Shown here: one piece after another, positions 46,265 through 55,627 of the stretch
Numbering within the stretch: position 1 is the first letter of the stretch
Layout: each line of letters begins with the position of its first letter
Assembly (NCBI GenBank): GCA_964422035.1
Contig: CAYQZQ010000001.1
Coordinates: 377,013-441,012 of the forward strand
Source: an uncultured Pseudomonadales bacterium
GTDB taxonomy: Bacteria > Patescibacteriota > Microgenomatia > UBA1400 > Chazhemtobacteraceae
DNA: 64,000 nucleotides
Direction: 5' to 3'
The notes under the pieces: generated by a model
Databases searched by the model: none
What the model was told of the DNA's origin: nothing
The model's input: the letters and a program-made list of their open reading frames with translations, nothing else
Made by a program: the position numbers and the translations under genes

Positions 46265-47323
46265 GTGCAAGAGCCAGTTGAATATTATAAAATGATAGGC
46301 ATGGATAAAAACAATAAAGATATAAAAAAAGGTAAAAAGAGTGGTATTTGGAAATGGATTGCAGGTCTTGTAGTGATAATTGCTATTGGAGGTTTTGTCT
46401 GGAGGAAACTATCTGCAAACAATAAATACGAGACAGCTACAGTCAAAAAAGGCAAAGTAGTCGAAGAGTTAATTTTAACTGGAGAGGTAAAAGCAAAAAG
46501 ACAAGCCAATTTGAGATTCCTGTCAGGAGGAGAGCTTAACTGGGTAGGTGTAGACAAAGGAGAAAGTGTAGTTAAAGGACAACTTCTGGCGAGACTTGAC
46601 CCCAACAAGGCGTATCAAGCATATGAGCAAGCAGTGGCAGATTTGAGAAATGCAGAAGCCACACTGGAGCGAGTGTATGATGAGGTGGAAGGCAATGATG
46701 ATGATGAAACTTTCGAGCAGAAAGAGGAAAGAACTACTGCAGAGGTGGCCAGAGATAAGGCATATAGAGCTTTGCAGATTGCAAGAGAAAACTTAAGTAA
46801 CACCCAGATTAGAGCCCCGTTTGACGGAGTGGTAAGCAAACTAACACACCAGTACTCCCAGATTAACGTGATGAGCACTGAAGGACAAATTGAGGTAGTT
46901 GACCCTGAAAGCTTGTATTTTGAGGTATCGGCTGATCAAACCGAAGTGGGCAAGATCAAAAAGGGTCAGAAAGTAACTGTGGTTCTTGATGCATTAAGCG
47001 ATAAACAAGTGACAGGAAATGTAGAGTATGTAGACATAACCCCCAAAGAAGGAGAAGCAGGAACAATCTATGGTGTGGAGATTACCTTAAATGACAAACC
47101 AGAAAATCTTTTAGTGGGAATGAGCGGAGATGCTGAGTTTCTTGTTAAAGAAAGCGAAGAAGCTTTATACGTTCCATTTGAGTTTTTAAGCACTGACGAG
47201 GATGGTGATTATTTGTTAGTAGATGATCCGGAAAACAAGGTATATATAGACAAAGGAGCGGAAGGAGATGAAAGAATCGAAGTTTCTGGAGAGATTAAGG
47301 AAGGCATGACGATCTATGATTAA
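46265..47323 (+). CDS. efflux transporter periplasmic adaptor subunit (HlyD/MacA family)
   Basis: N-terminal TM segment, coiled-coil, and 'IRAPFDGVVSKL' lipoyl-hairpin motif. It overlaps the ABC ATPase by 8 nt. Confidence 0.8.
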   Translation: MQEPVEYYKMIGMDKNNKDIKKGKKSGIWKWIAGLVVIIAIGGFVWRKLSANNKYETATVKKGKVVEELILTGEVKAKRQANLRFLSGGELNWVGVDKGESVVKGQLLARLDPNKAYQAYEQAVADLRNAEATLERVYDEVEGNDDDETFEQKEERTTAEVARDKAYRALQIARENLSNTQIRAPFDGVVSKLTHQYSQINVMSTEGQIEVVDPESLYFEVSADQTEVGKIKKGQKVTVVLDALSDKQVTGNVEYVDITPKEGEAGTIYGVEITLNDKPENLLVGMSGDAEFLVKESEEALYVPFEFLSTDEDGDYLLVDDPENKVYIDKGAEGDERIEVSGEIKEGMTIYD

Positions 47324-47987
47324 AACAGTCGATTTATCGAAAAGTTATTATCTGGGAGAAGAAGAGGTCAAAGCCGTTGACAATATAAACATTGAGATTA
47401 AAGAAGGTGAGTATGTAAGTATCTTGGGGCCATCAGGGTGCGGCAAGTCAACTTTAATGTATTTATTGGGCCTTTTGGAAACCCCCAGTGAGGGGAAGGT
47501 CTATCTGGATGGAAAAGACGTATCTAACTTAGATGACAGACAGTTATCTTTGATTAGAAACCAGTCGGTGGGATTTGTATTTCAGACTTTTAATTTGATT
47601 AATAAATTTACGGTTTGGGAAAATGTACTTTTACCAACTCGCTACTACAAAGGAGAAGACTTGGAATTTAATCCAGAAAAAAGGGCCGAGGATTTACTTA
47701 AGAAAATGGGTATCTGGGAAAGAAGGAATTTTGTCCCAAACAAGATATCCGGAGGACAACAACAGAGAGCAGCTATTGCTAGATCTTTGATCATGAAACC
47801 AAGAATTGTTTTGGCGGATGAGCCGACTGGTAATCTGGATAGTGAAACGGGGGAAGAGATCATGGACTTGATTGAAAAGATGAATAAGGAAACGGGAGTG
47901 ACGGTGGTGATAGTAACACACGAGAAGCCAGTGGCTGATAAAACTGAGCGGGAGATTTTTATGATTGACGGGAGGGTAACCAAATGA
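47316..47987 (+). CDS. ABC transporter ATP-binding protein (MacB/LolD-type)
   Basis: Walker A 'GPSGCGKSTLM', 'LSGGQQQRAAIARSL', Walker B '[12 protein letters not shown]'. Confidence 0.9.
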   Translation: MIKTVDLSKSYYLGEEEVKAVDNINIEIKEGEYVSILGPSGCGKSTLMYLLGLLETPSEGKVYLDGKDVSNLDDRQLSLIRNQSVGFVFQTFNLINKFTVWENVLLPTRYYKGEDLEFNPEKRAEDLLKKMGIWERRNFVPNKISGGQQQRAAIARSLIMKPRIVLADEPTGNLDSETGEEIMDLIEKMNKETGVTVVIVTHEKPVADKTEREIFMIDGRVTK

Positions 47988-49189
47988 TTGAAGGAAACGG
48001 AAACGTAGCAATGATTAAAGCTGCATTTGTGGACTTTAAGAGAAACAAGGTCAGGACATTGTTGACTTCTTTGGGGATTATGATCGGTGTTTTGTCAGTG
48101 GTGATGCTGATTGCTTTGGGACTGGGCCTTAAAAATTACATAGAACAACAGTTTGAAAGTTTGGGGGCAAATTTGGTGATGATAATGCCGGGAAGTGGTT
48201 TTAGTCCTGATCAGGGATTTGGGGCGGGATTGGTAGGAGGAGGAGCTGATTTTGATGAAAGGGATGTAGTTAAACTTTCCAGAATTGATGAAGTTGATTA
48301 TGTAGTGCCGGTGTTTTTTAAGACGATAGAGGTGGAAAGTGGTGGCAAACAGGAGTACGGATACCTGCAGGGTGTGAATGAGCAGTCTTTTAAGGTAATG
48401 AATCTTGAGGTACTTGAAGGCGAAGCATTTGGTAAATCAGAGGTACAAAGAAGAGCTAAGGTGGTGGTTTTGGGGAATACACTTTCTAAAGAACTATTTG
48501 ACAAAGCCGAGAATGGTTTGGGACGAAAAGTTGAGATACTGGGACAAAGACTAAGAGTGATTGGTGTTTTGAAGAAAAAAGGAGACCGAGAGATGGATAG
48601 CTCAGCAATTATGCCATATAGTACTACTTTTGGAAGTATTAATCCTGACAAAACATTTTGGTCTATTTACCTGGGTATAGAAGACGACGAGAAAGTAGAG
48701 CAAGCAAAAGAAAGAGCTGAGGAGGTCTTATTGGATAGATATGATGAAGAAGACTTTTCTGTAACTGAACAATCAGAGATACTATCAACAGTCAGCTCAA
48801 TATTCTCGATTATCAATAGTGTACTGATTGCCATTGGCTCGATTTCTCTGGTAGTGGGAGGAATCGGGATCATGAATATCATGTATGCGTCAGTGACTGA
48901 AAGAACAAAGGAGATTGGTATCAGACGGGCTATTGGCGCCACTAAAGAAGACGTCAGAAAGCAGTTTCTAATTGAGTCGGTAATTTTGTCTGTACTGGGA
49001 GGATTTCTGGGACTAATTTTGGCGGTATTGATTGTTGTTGGTCTCAGGTTCTTTTTCCCGGCTGCCATTAATATCTGGGCAGTAATAGCAGCTTTCGGTG
49101 TGTCCTCGGTAATTGGAATATTTTTTGGAGTTTTCCCGGCTAAAAGAGCAGCTAACCTGTCCCCTATCGAAGCTATCCGTTACGAGTAA
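47984..49189 (+). CDS. ABC transporter permease (MacB_PCD + FtsX domain)
   Basis: TM1, periplasmic domain, three C-terminal TM segments. Contains 'IGIRRAIGATKEDV'. Confidence 0.85.
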   Translation: MIEGNGNVAMIKAAFVDFKRNKVRTLLTSLGIMIGVLSVVMLIALGLGLKNYIEQQFESLGANLVMIMPGSGFSPDQGFGAGLVGGGADFDERDVVKLSRIDEVDYVVPVFFKTIEVESGGKQEYGYLQGVNEQSFKVMNLEVLEGEAFGKSEVQRRAKVVVLGNTLSKELFDKAENGLGRKVEILGQRLRVIGVLKKKGDREMDSSAIMPYSTTFGSINPDKTFWSIYLGIEDDEKVEQAKERAEEVLLDRYDEEDFSVTEQSEILSTVSSIFSIINSVLIAIGSISLVVGGIGIMNIMYASVTERTKEIGIRRAIGATKEDVRKQFLIESVILSVLGGFLGLILAVLIVVGLRFFFPAAINIWAVIAAFGVSSVIGIFFGVFPAKRAANLSPIEAIRYE

Positions 49190-50018
49190 TTTTTTGAGCG
49201 ATTTTGATGTTTTTGGCGTCAGGACCGTTGCCGGCAAAACCTGGCACTTCCAAAATTAAGGGCAGGTCTTTTAAATCAGGGTGATTAATAAAGTAAGACA
49301 AACTCTTTTTTCCTATTTCCCCTTCCCCAATATTGGCGTGTTGATCAACAGCTGAACCAAGCTCTCCTTTGGAGTCGTTGATGTGCAAACAAACTAGTTT
49401 ATCCAACAAAAAGAGGTTTTTTAGTTTATCAATCAGATCGTCAACTACACTTTCTTGGCGCAGGTCCCAACCGGCAGCAAATAAGTGAGCCGTATCAAGG
49501 CAGACTTTTAGACGCGGATCGTCTACCTTTTCAACTAGAACAGATATCTCGTTTATAGAGCCGACTTTACCTTTTTGTCCGGCTGAGTTTTCGATAACAA
49601 AGGGGACTTTTTGTGTGTTTGATATTAAAAATTCAATTTGAGTGACTAGTTGATCCTGAACTGAATCAAAACCTCTACCTTGATGAGAGCCTATGTGGAC
49701 AATGACGCCCTCTGAGTTGATAGCATCACCATTTTTCATATCGATCAGTAAAGCCTGAGTAGACTTTTCAACCAGCTCTTGTTTGTCAGAAGCAAGATTA
49801 ACCAAATACAAGGTGTGGATGAAAACGGGGTGCAGATTTAGAGCATCGGCTTTTTGATTGAACTCTTCTATCTGATCGGGAGGGTAAAGATCTCGGGCCC
49901 AGACTCTAGGGCTACCGGCAAATATTTGCATGCAGTTACCATCAATCTCTTGGGAGTTTTTAATGGCATTTACAATACCACCAGCTACGGAGACATGCCC
50001 ACCGATTTTTCTGGTCAT
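49173..50018 (-). CDS. nfo: endonuclease IV (AP endonuclease family 2)
   Basis: 'KIGGHVSVAGG' N-terminus. His/Asp/Glu metal ligands 'VIVHIGSH' and 'VCLDTAHLFAAG'. Confidence 0.85.
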   Translation of the reverse strand: MTRKIGGHVSVAGGIVNAIKNSQEIDGNCMQIFAGSPRVWARDLYPPDQIEEFNQKADALNLHPVFIHTLYLVNLASDKQELVEKSTQALLIDMKNGDAINSEGVIVHIGSHQGRGFDSVQDQLVTQIEFLISNTQKVPFVIENSAGQKGKVGSINEISVLVEKVDDPRLKVCLDTAHLFAAGWDLRQESVVDDLIDKLKNLFLLDKLVCLHINDSKGELGSAVDQHANIGEGEIGKKSLSYFINHPDLKDLPLILEVPGFAGNGPDAKNIKIAQKITRNG

Positions 50019-50776
50019 TGAACTATTATCTGAATTTGTTGGATGACTGCGTTTTCTATTGGCTTGTCGTTGGCTGCGGTTTCAACCTGACCGATTTTAT
50101 CAACCACTGCTTGCCCCTCAACTACTTCTCCGAAAATGGTGTGCTTGCCGTTTAACCAAGGAGTTTCTGCCAGGGTAATAAAGAACTGGGAACCGTTGGT
50201 GTTGGGGCCGGAGTTGGCCATAGCTAACAAGTATGGTTTGTCAAATTTTAGAGAGTCAACGATTTCATCTTCGAACTGATAGCCGGGGCCACCAGTGCCG
50301 GTGCCGAGCGGGTCTCCGCCTTGAATCATAAAATCACTTATTACTCTATGAAAGATGGTGTCATCGTATAAAGGAGTGTTTTTCTCCTCGCCGGTTTGGG
50401 GATCTATCCAAGTTTTTTGCCCGGTAGCTAGACCGGCAAAGTTAGCTACTGTTTTGGGAGTCTTGTCTGTAAAGAGATTGACTTTAATGTCTCCCAGAGA
50501 AGTTTTGATGATTGCACCTTGAGGTACGACGGGCTGTTGAGGTTGATCTTCAGGTAGCTCTGCCTGAGGAGTACCAGTTGGTTGTTTGTTTGTATTCATG
50601 GGATTATTATTGGTGGTTTTTCGTTGAGATTCAAGGGCAGCTTCTCCAGCTGGAGGCAGAGTGGGGCTGATTTCTCCAAAAGGATCGGGAATTTGAGGTT
50701 TAGGTTGAGGGCTGAGATTACCAGTACAACTGGATAAGAATAAGACTGATAAAAATAGCAATATAAATTTGCGCAT
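50015..50776 (-). CDS. cyclophilin-type peptidyl-prolyl cis-trans isomerase, lipoprotein
   Basis: Lipobox 'FLSSCTG'. Cyclophilin core 'FHRVISDFMIQGGDP' and 'LAMANSGPNTNGSQFFI'. Confidence 0.88.
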   Translation of the reverse strand: MRKFILLFLSVLFLSSCTGNLSPQPKPQIPDPFGEISPTLPPAGEAALESQRKTTNNNPMNTNKQPTGTPQAELPEDQPQQPVVPQGAIIKTSLGDIKVNLFTDKTPKTVANFAGLATGQKTWIDPQTGEEKNTPLYDDTIFHRVISDFMIQGGDPLGTGTGGPGYQFEDEIVDSLKFDKPYLLAMANSGPNTNGSQFFITLAETPWLNGKHTIFGEVVEGQAVVDKIGQVETAANDKPIENAVIQQIQIIVQ

Positions 50777-50845
50777 GAGTGATATTTTATCATCAGTTTT
50801 TTATTTAACACTACATCTACTAATAAGGAGTGATAGAATTACTGC

Positions 50846-51463
50846 ATGGCTAGCCAGATAACCCACATCCCTTACGGCAGGAAAATAAAAGATTTATTTT
50901 TATATGACAGAAAAATAAATGAGAGAAAGTTTTATATTGGCACTGTTTTCCCAGACATCAGATATCTGGGGAGCATAGATCGAAAAGAAACACACTGGGA
51001 AAATCTTCAGATTGAAGAGCTAGATAAAATTGAAAATGATTTTAAGTTGGGAATGTATGTTCATTCTCTGGTAGATATAGAAAGAAACAAAGTGTTGAGA
51101 AGATTGAATATGAAAGAACTTGTGCCTCAAAAACCAATGGTTACATCGGTACTTAAGATACTAGAAGACATAGTGGTCTATCCCTTGGTTGATGATTGGG
51201 GTGAAATAATTTCATATTTTGATCAGGTTATAGCCGAAGAATTAAGATACGTGAACAAAGAAAAAGTAATTAATTGGCATCAGAAACTGAAAGAATATTT
51301 TTCCCAACCACCTTCATTAAAGTCAATCTCGGATTTTCTTGATAATTTAATATTAACCGAGCGACAAAAAGAGAGAGCTGCAGAATTATTCAAGGAGATG
51401 GAAAAGGATGATGAAATCAAAAGACTTTTAGGTCAGGTATATAAAGAGCTGTTTAAAGTCTAG
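50846..51463 (+). CDS. hypothetical protein
   Basis: ORF of good length and coding-like composition. No motif recognised. Confidence 0.4.
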   Translation: MASQITHIPYGRKIKDLFLYDRKINERKFYIGTVFPDIRYLGSIDRKETHWENLQIEELDKIENDFKLGMYVHSLVDIERNKVLRRLNMKELVPQKPMVTSVLKILEDIVVYPLVDDWGEIISYFDQVIAEELRYVNKEKVINWHQKLKEYFSQPPSLKSISDFLDNLILTERQKERAAELFKEMEKDDEIKRLLGQVYKELFKV

Positions 51464-51531
51464 TTGGGAAGTTGAGAAGTCGATTTTTTCAATAAAAGGT
51501 AATCACACGTAGGGCAACTGGGGATGAGTTT

Positions 51532-51924
51532 ATGTTGGTCTATGATAACATTGAGATTATGATAGCCACAGTAATAGTAGGAGTAATGATTTCCTTGATG
51601 TTTTTGGTCAGTTTTAGTGAGTGGTTTTACCATGTAGCAGCGGGGATTGATGAAGTTTTAGTCAAGGACATTTATATGTATTACCGAATATTTTTGTGGG
51701 TAGGAGTATCAATTTTATTTATGGTAATTGTTTTTTGGATAATAGCAATAGTTCATGAGTGCCCAACAATGAGTGAAAGACAGGGTGTTTTTAGATATCT
51801 TAACTGCAACGCATACTGGCAGGTAAGAGGTAAGGTAGAGGGAACAAGCCCAGAGGTAATCCAACAACAGATATTAAAAGACCAGTACGAACAAAGAGAA
51901 GTGGAGTTGAAGAAGTGGCTTTAG
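51532..51924 (+). CDS. hypothetical membrane protein (2 TM segments)
   Basis: Hydrophobic segments 'IMIATVIVGVMISLMFLV' and 'IFLWVGVSILFMVIVFWIIAIV'. Confidence 0.4.
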   Translation: MLVYDNIEIMIATVIVGVMISLMFLVSFSEWFYHVAAGIDEVLVKDIYMYYRIFLWVGVSILFMVIVFWIIAIVHECPTMSERQGVFRYLNCNAYWQVRGKVEGTSPEVIQQQILKDQYEQREVELKKWL

Positions 51925-52250
51925 TCTTTTAAGTTGGAGATAAAAGTTTTAACTAGATTGACTGATTTGACTAAGAGTTTTCTTACTATACGAGAGACAA
52001 GCGGCTCTTTGGTTTGGTCTTGTATAGCTTGATTGCTCCAGACTGTAAGGATGATCCATTGCTTGTCCTTTAAAACAGCTACAATAGTTACTTTTTTGTC
52101 AGAAAAGGACTTGTGAAACTTGAACTTATTGGAGGAGATCTTTTCACTCTTGGAGGGATGACGGATAGCACTGAAGGCCTGGTTTTTAGTAATACCTCTT
52201 TGAAGGAGTCTCTCTTCTAGATGATTTGTCCAGACGATGTCTGCAGCCAT
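51921..52250 (-). CDS. hypothetical protein, possibly DUF4258-like
   Basis: 'IVWTNHLEERLLQRGIT' resembles the DUF4258 N-terminal motif. Weak. Confidence 0.35.
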   Translation of the reverse strand: MAADIVWTNHLEERLLQRGITKNQAFSAIRHPSKSEKISSNKFKFHKSFSDKKVTIVAVLKDKQWIILTVWSNQAIQDQTKEPLVSRIVRKLLVKSVNLVKTFISNLKD

Positions 52251-52904
52251 TTATTTATCTAGATCTGGGCTCTCTTTGGGTACTTCACCCTGAGGAGCTG
52301 GCTTGTCTGGTTGAGGTTGGGCTGTTGACTGAGGTTTTATCTCATCTTGTCCCTCTAGATTATTATCAGGCTTGGTTGGATCCTGTGTTTGAGCCGGAGC
52401 CTGTTGAGGTTTTTGTGTTTGTTGGGCTGGCTGCTCAGGTTTCTCTGGTTGTTGAGGCTTATCTGATTGTTGGGGTTTGGCAGCAGCACCACCGGTGACG
52501 TCACTGACGGCAGCATCAAGATTGGCTTGGGCATTGGAGACATCTGGATCATCAGCTGTGGCTTGGGGTTGAGCCGGTGCTTGCTGAGAGGTTTGCTTTT
52601 GAGGTTGCTGTGGTTTTTGAGGTGTTTCTGGCTGTTTGACTGCTTGCTCTTGTTTTTTGGCCGGAGGCTTGGGATTGGCGGGTTGGGACAGATCGGATTG
52701 GCCTTGTCCCTTTTGATCTGCAACTGGTTGTTGAGATTGAGCTTGAGACTTGGGGGCAGATTGAGGAGATTTTCCAGCAGGTGTACTTTGAGGACCTACA
52801 GGAGTAGAGGTGGGAGCTTTCTGTTGAGATTGACCGGGTTGCTGAGGTTGCTGTTTTTCTTGTTGAGGTGTGTCTGTTTGTTGATTGTTTTTTTGAGTGG
52901 CCAT
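52251..52904 (-). CDS. Gln/Pro/Lys-rich low-complexity (intrinsically disordered) protein
   Basis: 217 aa with more than 50% Q/P/K/A and no hydrophobic core. The stop abuts the start of 51921..52250. Confidence 0.45.
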   Translation of the reverse strand: MATQKNNQQTDTPQQEKQQPQQPGQSQQKAPTSTPVGPQSTPAGKSPQSAPKSQAQSQQPVADQKGQGQSDLSQPANPKPPAKKQEQAVKQPETPQKPQQPQKQTSQQAPAQPQATADDPDVSNAQANLDAAVSDVTGGAAAKPQQSDKPQQPEKPEQPAQQTQKPQQAPAQTQDPTKPDNNLEGQDEIKPQSTAQPQPDKPAPQGEVPKESPDLDK

Positions 52905-52964
52905 GAGTTTATATATATTTGTTAACGACTATAGATTAATGGTAAAGGTGGAAGAGTACAAGTG

Positions 52965-54191
52965 TCAAGCTACCTTGCCAAAAGAGATACGATCAGGCGC
53001 TAAATTGCTGGCGGCTTTAAGACGAGCAGGTACCAGGGAAAAGGTGCCAAAGCGCTGGTTAACTTCACTTAAAAGAGCAGACAGCTTCTCTTGATGTTTG
53101 ACAGATTGGAATAGTTTTTGGGGAGTGAAGTTTTTGGAAACTAAATCAGAGAGAGTAACACGGGCTTTTTTGACTGTCTTGTGAGGAGATTTTTTTAGCA
53201 GGTGGTCAAGCATTTTAAAGCTTTGAAAAGAGTTGATTAAAGGCTGTTTTAGGTGAATAAAGTCACGGAAGGAACTGCCATCAACAAAGCTTAGGTAAAG
53301 CCCTAACTGGCGGGGCAGGAAGTTATTTTGGTGAGCTCTTAAGGTAGCTTTGTGAAGAAGCTTGTGCAGCAAAGCCTTAAGTTGATAAGAAGAGTGGATA
53401 GGTTCTGGCAAGACGTGTGAGTTACTGAAGCTTTTACGAGTAGTTTTGTTTTTAACCGGCCAACCACGCAGTTTTAAGTACCAGTCGTAGCCCACAACAG
53501 AATCGAAGGCAGATTTTAACTGCCCTGGTGAGGAATTGTATAAATCCAAAACAGAGTAAATACCAGACATGTAAAGACGAAGAGAGTAACCATGATTAAT
53601 GCCGGGCAGATCTTTTAGATCTAGACTTGAGTAAATCTCTTTAAAGTTATCAGAATCGATGACGGTAAAACCATCAGGTTTTTTCAGACCAGCAGCAAGC
53701 TTGGCTAAAGAGAAGCAGGGAGCAATGCCGATGGAGACGGAGATCCATTCACCGATGTCGTCTCTGATGGATTTTTTAAGGGAAGATGAGAAAGACTTAA
53801 TTTGACCAGATAGATATGGTTGATCTTGCAGATTGAGATTAAATTCATCGATGGAAAGAGGATTGACCTGGGTGGCAAACTGGGAGAGAAGATCTTTAAG
53901 TTGGTAAAAAACCGAGCGATATTTGTTGGTATCAGGGGGGAGAACAACCAGACTGGGACAGATTTTTTTGGCTTCGCCTACTCTAGTACCGGTTTTGATA
54001 CCCAGTTTTTTGGCTTCGATGGAAGGAGCTACAATACAGCCGTAGTCGGCGGTGTCAGCGGCAACAGCTATTGGCTTGTGGCGCAAAAGAGGATTGGCTT
54101 GCTGCTCGATGGTAGCAAAACAGGAGTTGATATCCAGATGCATCTTCAAAGGCGAGGTGGGGTTAAAGTAGTCTTTGTTAGGATAAGCCAT
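52965..54191 (-). CDS. Y-family DNA polymerase (DinB/UmuC-like)
   Basis: 'MHLDINSCFATIEQQANPLLRHKPIAV' (compare 'HVDMDAFFASVE'), 'IEAKKLGIKTG' and 'SIDEFNLNL'. Confidence 0.85.
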   Translation of the reverse strand: MAYPNKDYFNPTSPLKMHLDINSCFATIEQQANPLLRHKPIAVAADTADYGCIVAPSIEAKKLGIKTGTRVGEAKKICPSLVVLPPDTNKYRSVFYQLKDLLSQFATQVNPLSIDEFNLNLQDQPYLSGQIKSFSSSLKKSIRDDIGEWISVSIGIAPCFSLAKLAAGLKKPDGFTVIDSDNFKEIYSSLDLKDLPGINHGYSLRLYMSGIYSVLDLYNSSPGQLKSAFDSVVGYDWYLKLRGWPVKNKTTRKSFSNSHVLPEPIHSSYQLKALLHKLLHKATLRAHQNNFLPRQLGLYLSFVDGSSFRDFIHLKQPLINSFQSFKMLDHLLKKSPHKTVKKARVTLSDLVSKNFTPQKLFQSVKHQEKLSALLSEVNQRFGTFSLVPARLKAASNLAPDRISFGKVA

Positions 54192-54435
54192 CGGAGATCT
54201 CCTCTAGTGTCCAACGCAGAGACTGAGTATCTAGTTTCAAGCGAAAAGCAAGATAGCGGCTTTGAACTGTAAAGATATGAAATAGGTTTTGACCGACTTT
54301 GTAAGTATGATGAAGACCAACTTTGTTAACAGGATAAGAGTTATCATTCCAGATTATGTTTTTAGGTAGAATTCTTTGAGTACTACCATCAAAGAAAACA
54401 GTAACAGCAACAGGTTGATTTATTTTTCTAATCAT
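54178..54435 (-). CDS. small hypothetical protein (85 aa) translationally coupled to the Y-family polymerase gene
   Basis: Overlaps the polymerase start by 14 nt on the same strand. No motif recognised. Confidence 0.35.
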   Translation of the reverse strand: MIRKINQPVAVTVFFDGSTQRILPKNIIWNDNSYPVNKVGLHHTYKVGQNLFHIFTVQSRYLAFRLKLDTQSLRWTLEEISDGLS

Positions 54436-54531
54436 GTACGAATAAATACCGAATATATTCCCAATTTAACCCGAACAGACAGGTCTGTCAAGAAATGATT
54501 TTAGCACTTTGCACAAATTTGGAATCTTTAA

Positions 54532-55110
54532 TTAGGAGTAATCAGGCTGGTTGCCAGGTTTCCATTTGATGTTGCAACCAGAAGAAGGTTTTTGCTCCTT
54601 TGAAACTGGCTGATCATTTAAAAAAGCATCGATGGCCTCTCTTAAGCTTTCTCCGGTAACGGGGATGTTGTTACCAGGTCGACTATCATCAAGCTGGCCA
54701 CGATAGATTAGTTCTCTATCCCCATCAAAAAGGAAAAAGTCAGGAGTGCAAGCAGCGGTATATTTTTTGGCTACTGACTGATCTTGGTCAAAAAGGTAAG
54801 GGAAATTAAAGCCTAGCTTTTTAGCTTGTTGCTTGAGATGTTGAGGTGAATCAGCTGGGTGTGAGCTGGTATCATTGGAACTGATGGCTACTAACCCTAA
54901 GCCTTTGTCTTGGTAGTCTTTGCCGATTCGAGCAATCTCGTCTTCAACATGTTTTACATACGGACAATGCTGGCAGATAAAAATAACCAAAAGAGCTTTG
55001 TTGTCATTAAGATCAGATAAGGAGACTTTTTCTCCACTTGTCACATCAGTGAGATTAAAATCAGGAGCTTTGGTGCCTAAAGGCATCATGGTGGAATCTG
55101 TTAAAGCCAT
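54532..55110 (-). CDS. thioredoxin-fold redoxin (AhpC/TSA / thiol-disulfide oxidoreductase family)
   Basis: 'ALLVIFICQHCPYV' CxxC in redoxin context, plus 'GLVAISSND'. Confidence 0.7.
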   Translation of the reverse strand: MALTDSTMMPLGTKAPDFNLTDVTSGEKVSLSDLNDNKALLVIFICQHCPYVKHVEDEIARIGKDYQDKGLGLVAISSNDTSSHPADSPQHLKQQAKKLGFNFPYLFDQDQSVAKKYTAACTPDFFLFDGDRELIYRGQLDDSRPGNNIPVTGESLREAIDAFLNDQPVSKEQKPSSGCNIKWKPGNQPDYS

Positions 55111-55138
55111 AGTAAATAAAGTTTATCACAGCTTATTT

Positions 55139-55624
55139 TTAGGTAAAACAGTAAACAAGCGTGGTGCCGGGCAGTAATTCTGGATCTTGTAGTCCTTGTT
55201 GGAGATCTTGTTGAATTTCCTGGTTGGTGGGTCGGTCTTTTTCTCCTTGATTTTTCTGAGCGAGATCTTCAACTTGTTGGATTATCTGATAAATGGTGTC
55301 TATCGCTTGCTGGTTATTTTGATAAGCTATGATCTCTATTTTGGCAAAATTGGCAAAAGCAGAAGTGACTTCAGCTTGATGCTCTCTGAGACTTAAGATC
55401 TTAAGGTACCTATCAGAGAGGCGATGCTTTGCCCCCATTTTTTTATGAATGTTATAAATGGTTGAGCGAATATTTAGATTTTTTCTGGTTTCGTTTTCTG
55501 CACATATCCAAAAATCGCGATGATATTGATCAATAATCTGATTTTCGACTGATTTGACGAAGTTATCACAGCGTTTTTCAAATCCAGGCGGTTTTAAGAA
55601 TTCAGCTAGCTCTTGACGATTCAT
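55139..55624 (-). CDS. hypothetical protein, tandem paralog B (161 aa)
   Basis: Shares 'LKPPGFEKRCDNFVKSVENQI' with the upstream paralog's 'IVAPPEFERHCDNFVQAVKDKV'. Identical length. Confidence 0.5.
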   Translation of the reverse strand: MNRQELAEFLKPPGFEKRCDNFVKSVENQIIDQYHRDFWICAENETRKNLNIRSTIYNIHKKMGAKHRLSDRYLKILSLREHQAEVTSAFANFAKIEIIAYQNNQQAIDTIYQIIQQVEDLAQKNQGEKDRPTNQEIQQDLQQGLQDPELLPGTTLVYCFT

Positions 55625-55627
55625 TGG

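Noticed and set aside
47645-49237. Antisense ORFs within the MacB-like ATPase/permease genes (47645..47983, 47694..48011, 48298..48651, 48667..49068, 49013..49237)
   Set aside because: Embedded in ABC transporter genes that have strong Walker motifs. Compositionally aberrant.
52355-52925. Alternative-frame and strand ORFs (52355..52723, 52467..52925) across the Q/P-rich gene
   Set aside because: Low-complexity DNA yields long ORFs in several frames. The minus-strand 52251..52904 frame was kept only because it is translationally juxtaposed to the next gene, and even that call is tentative.
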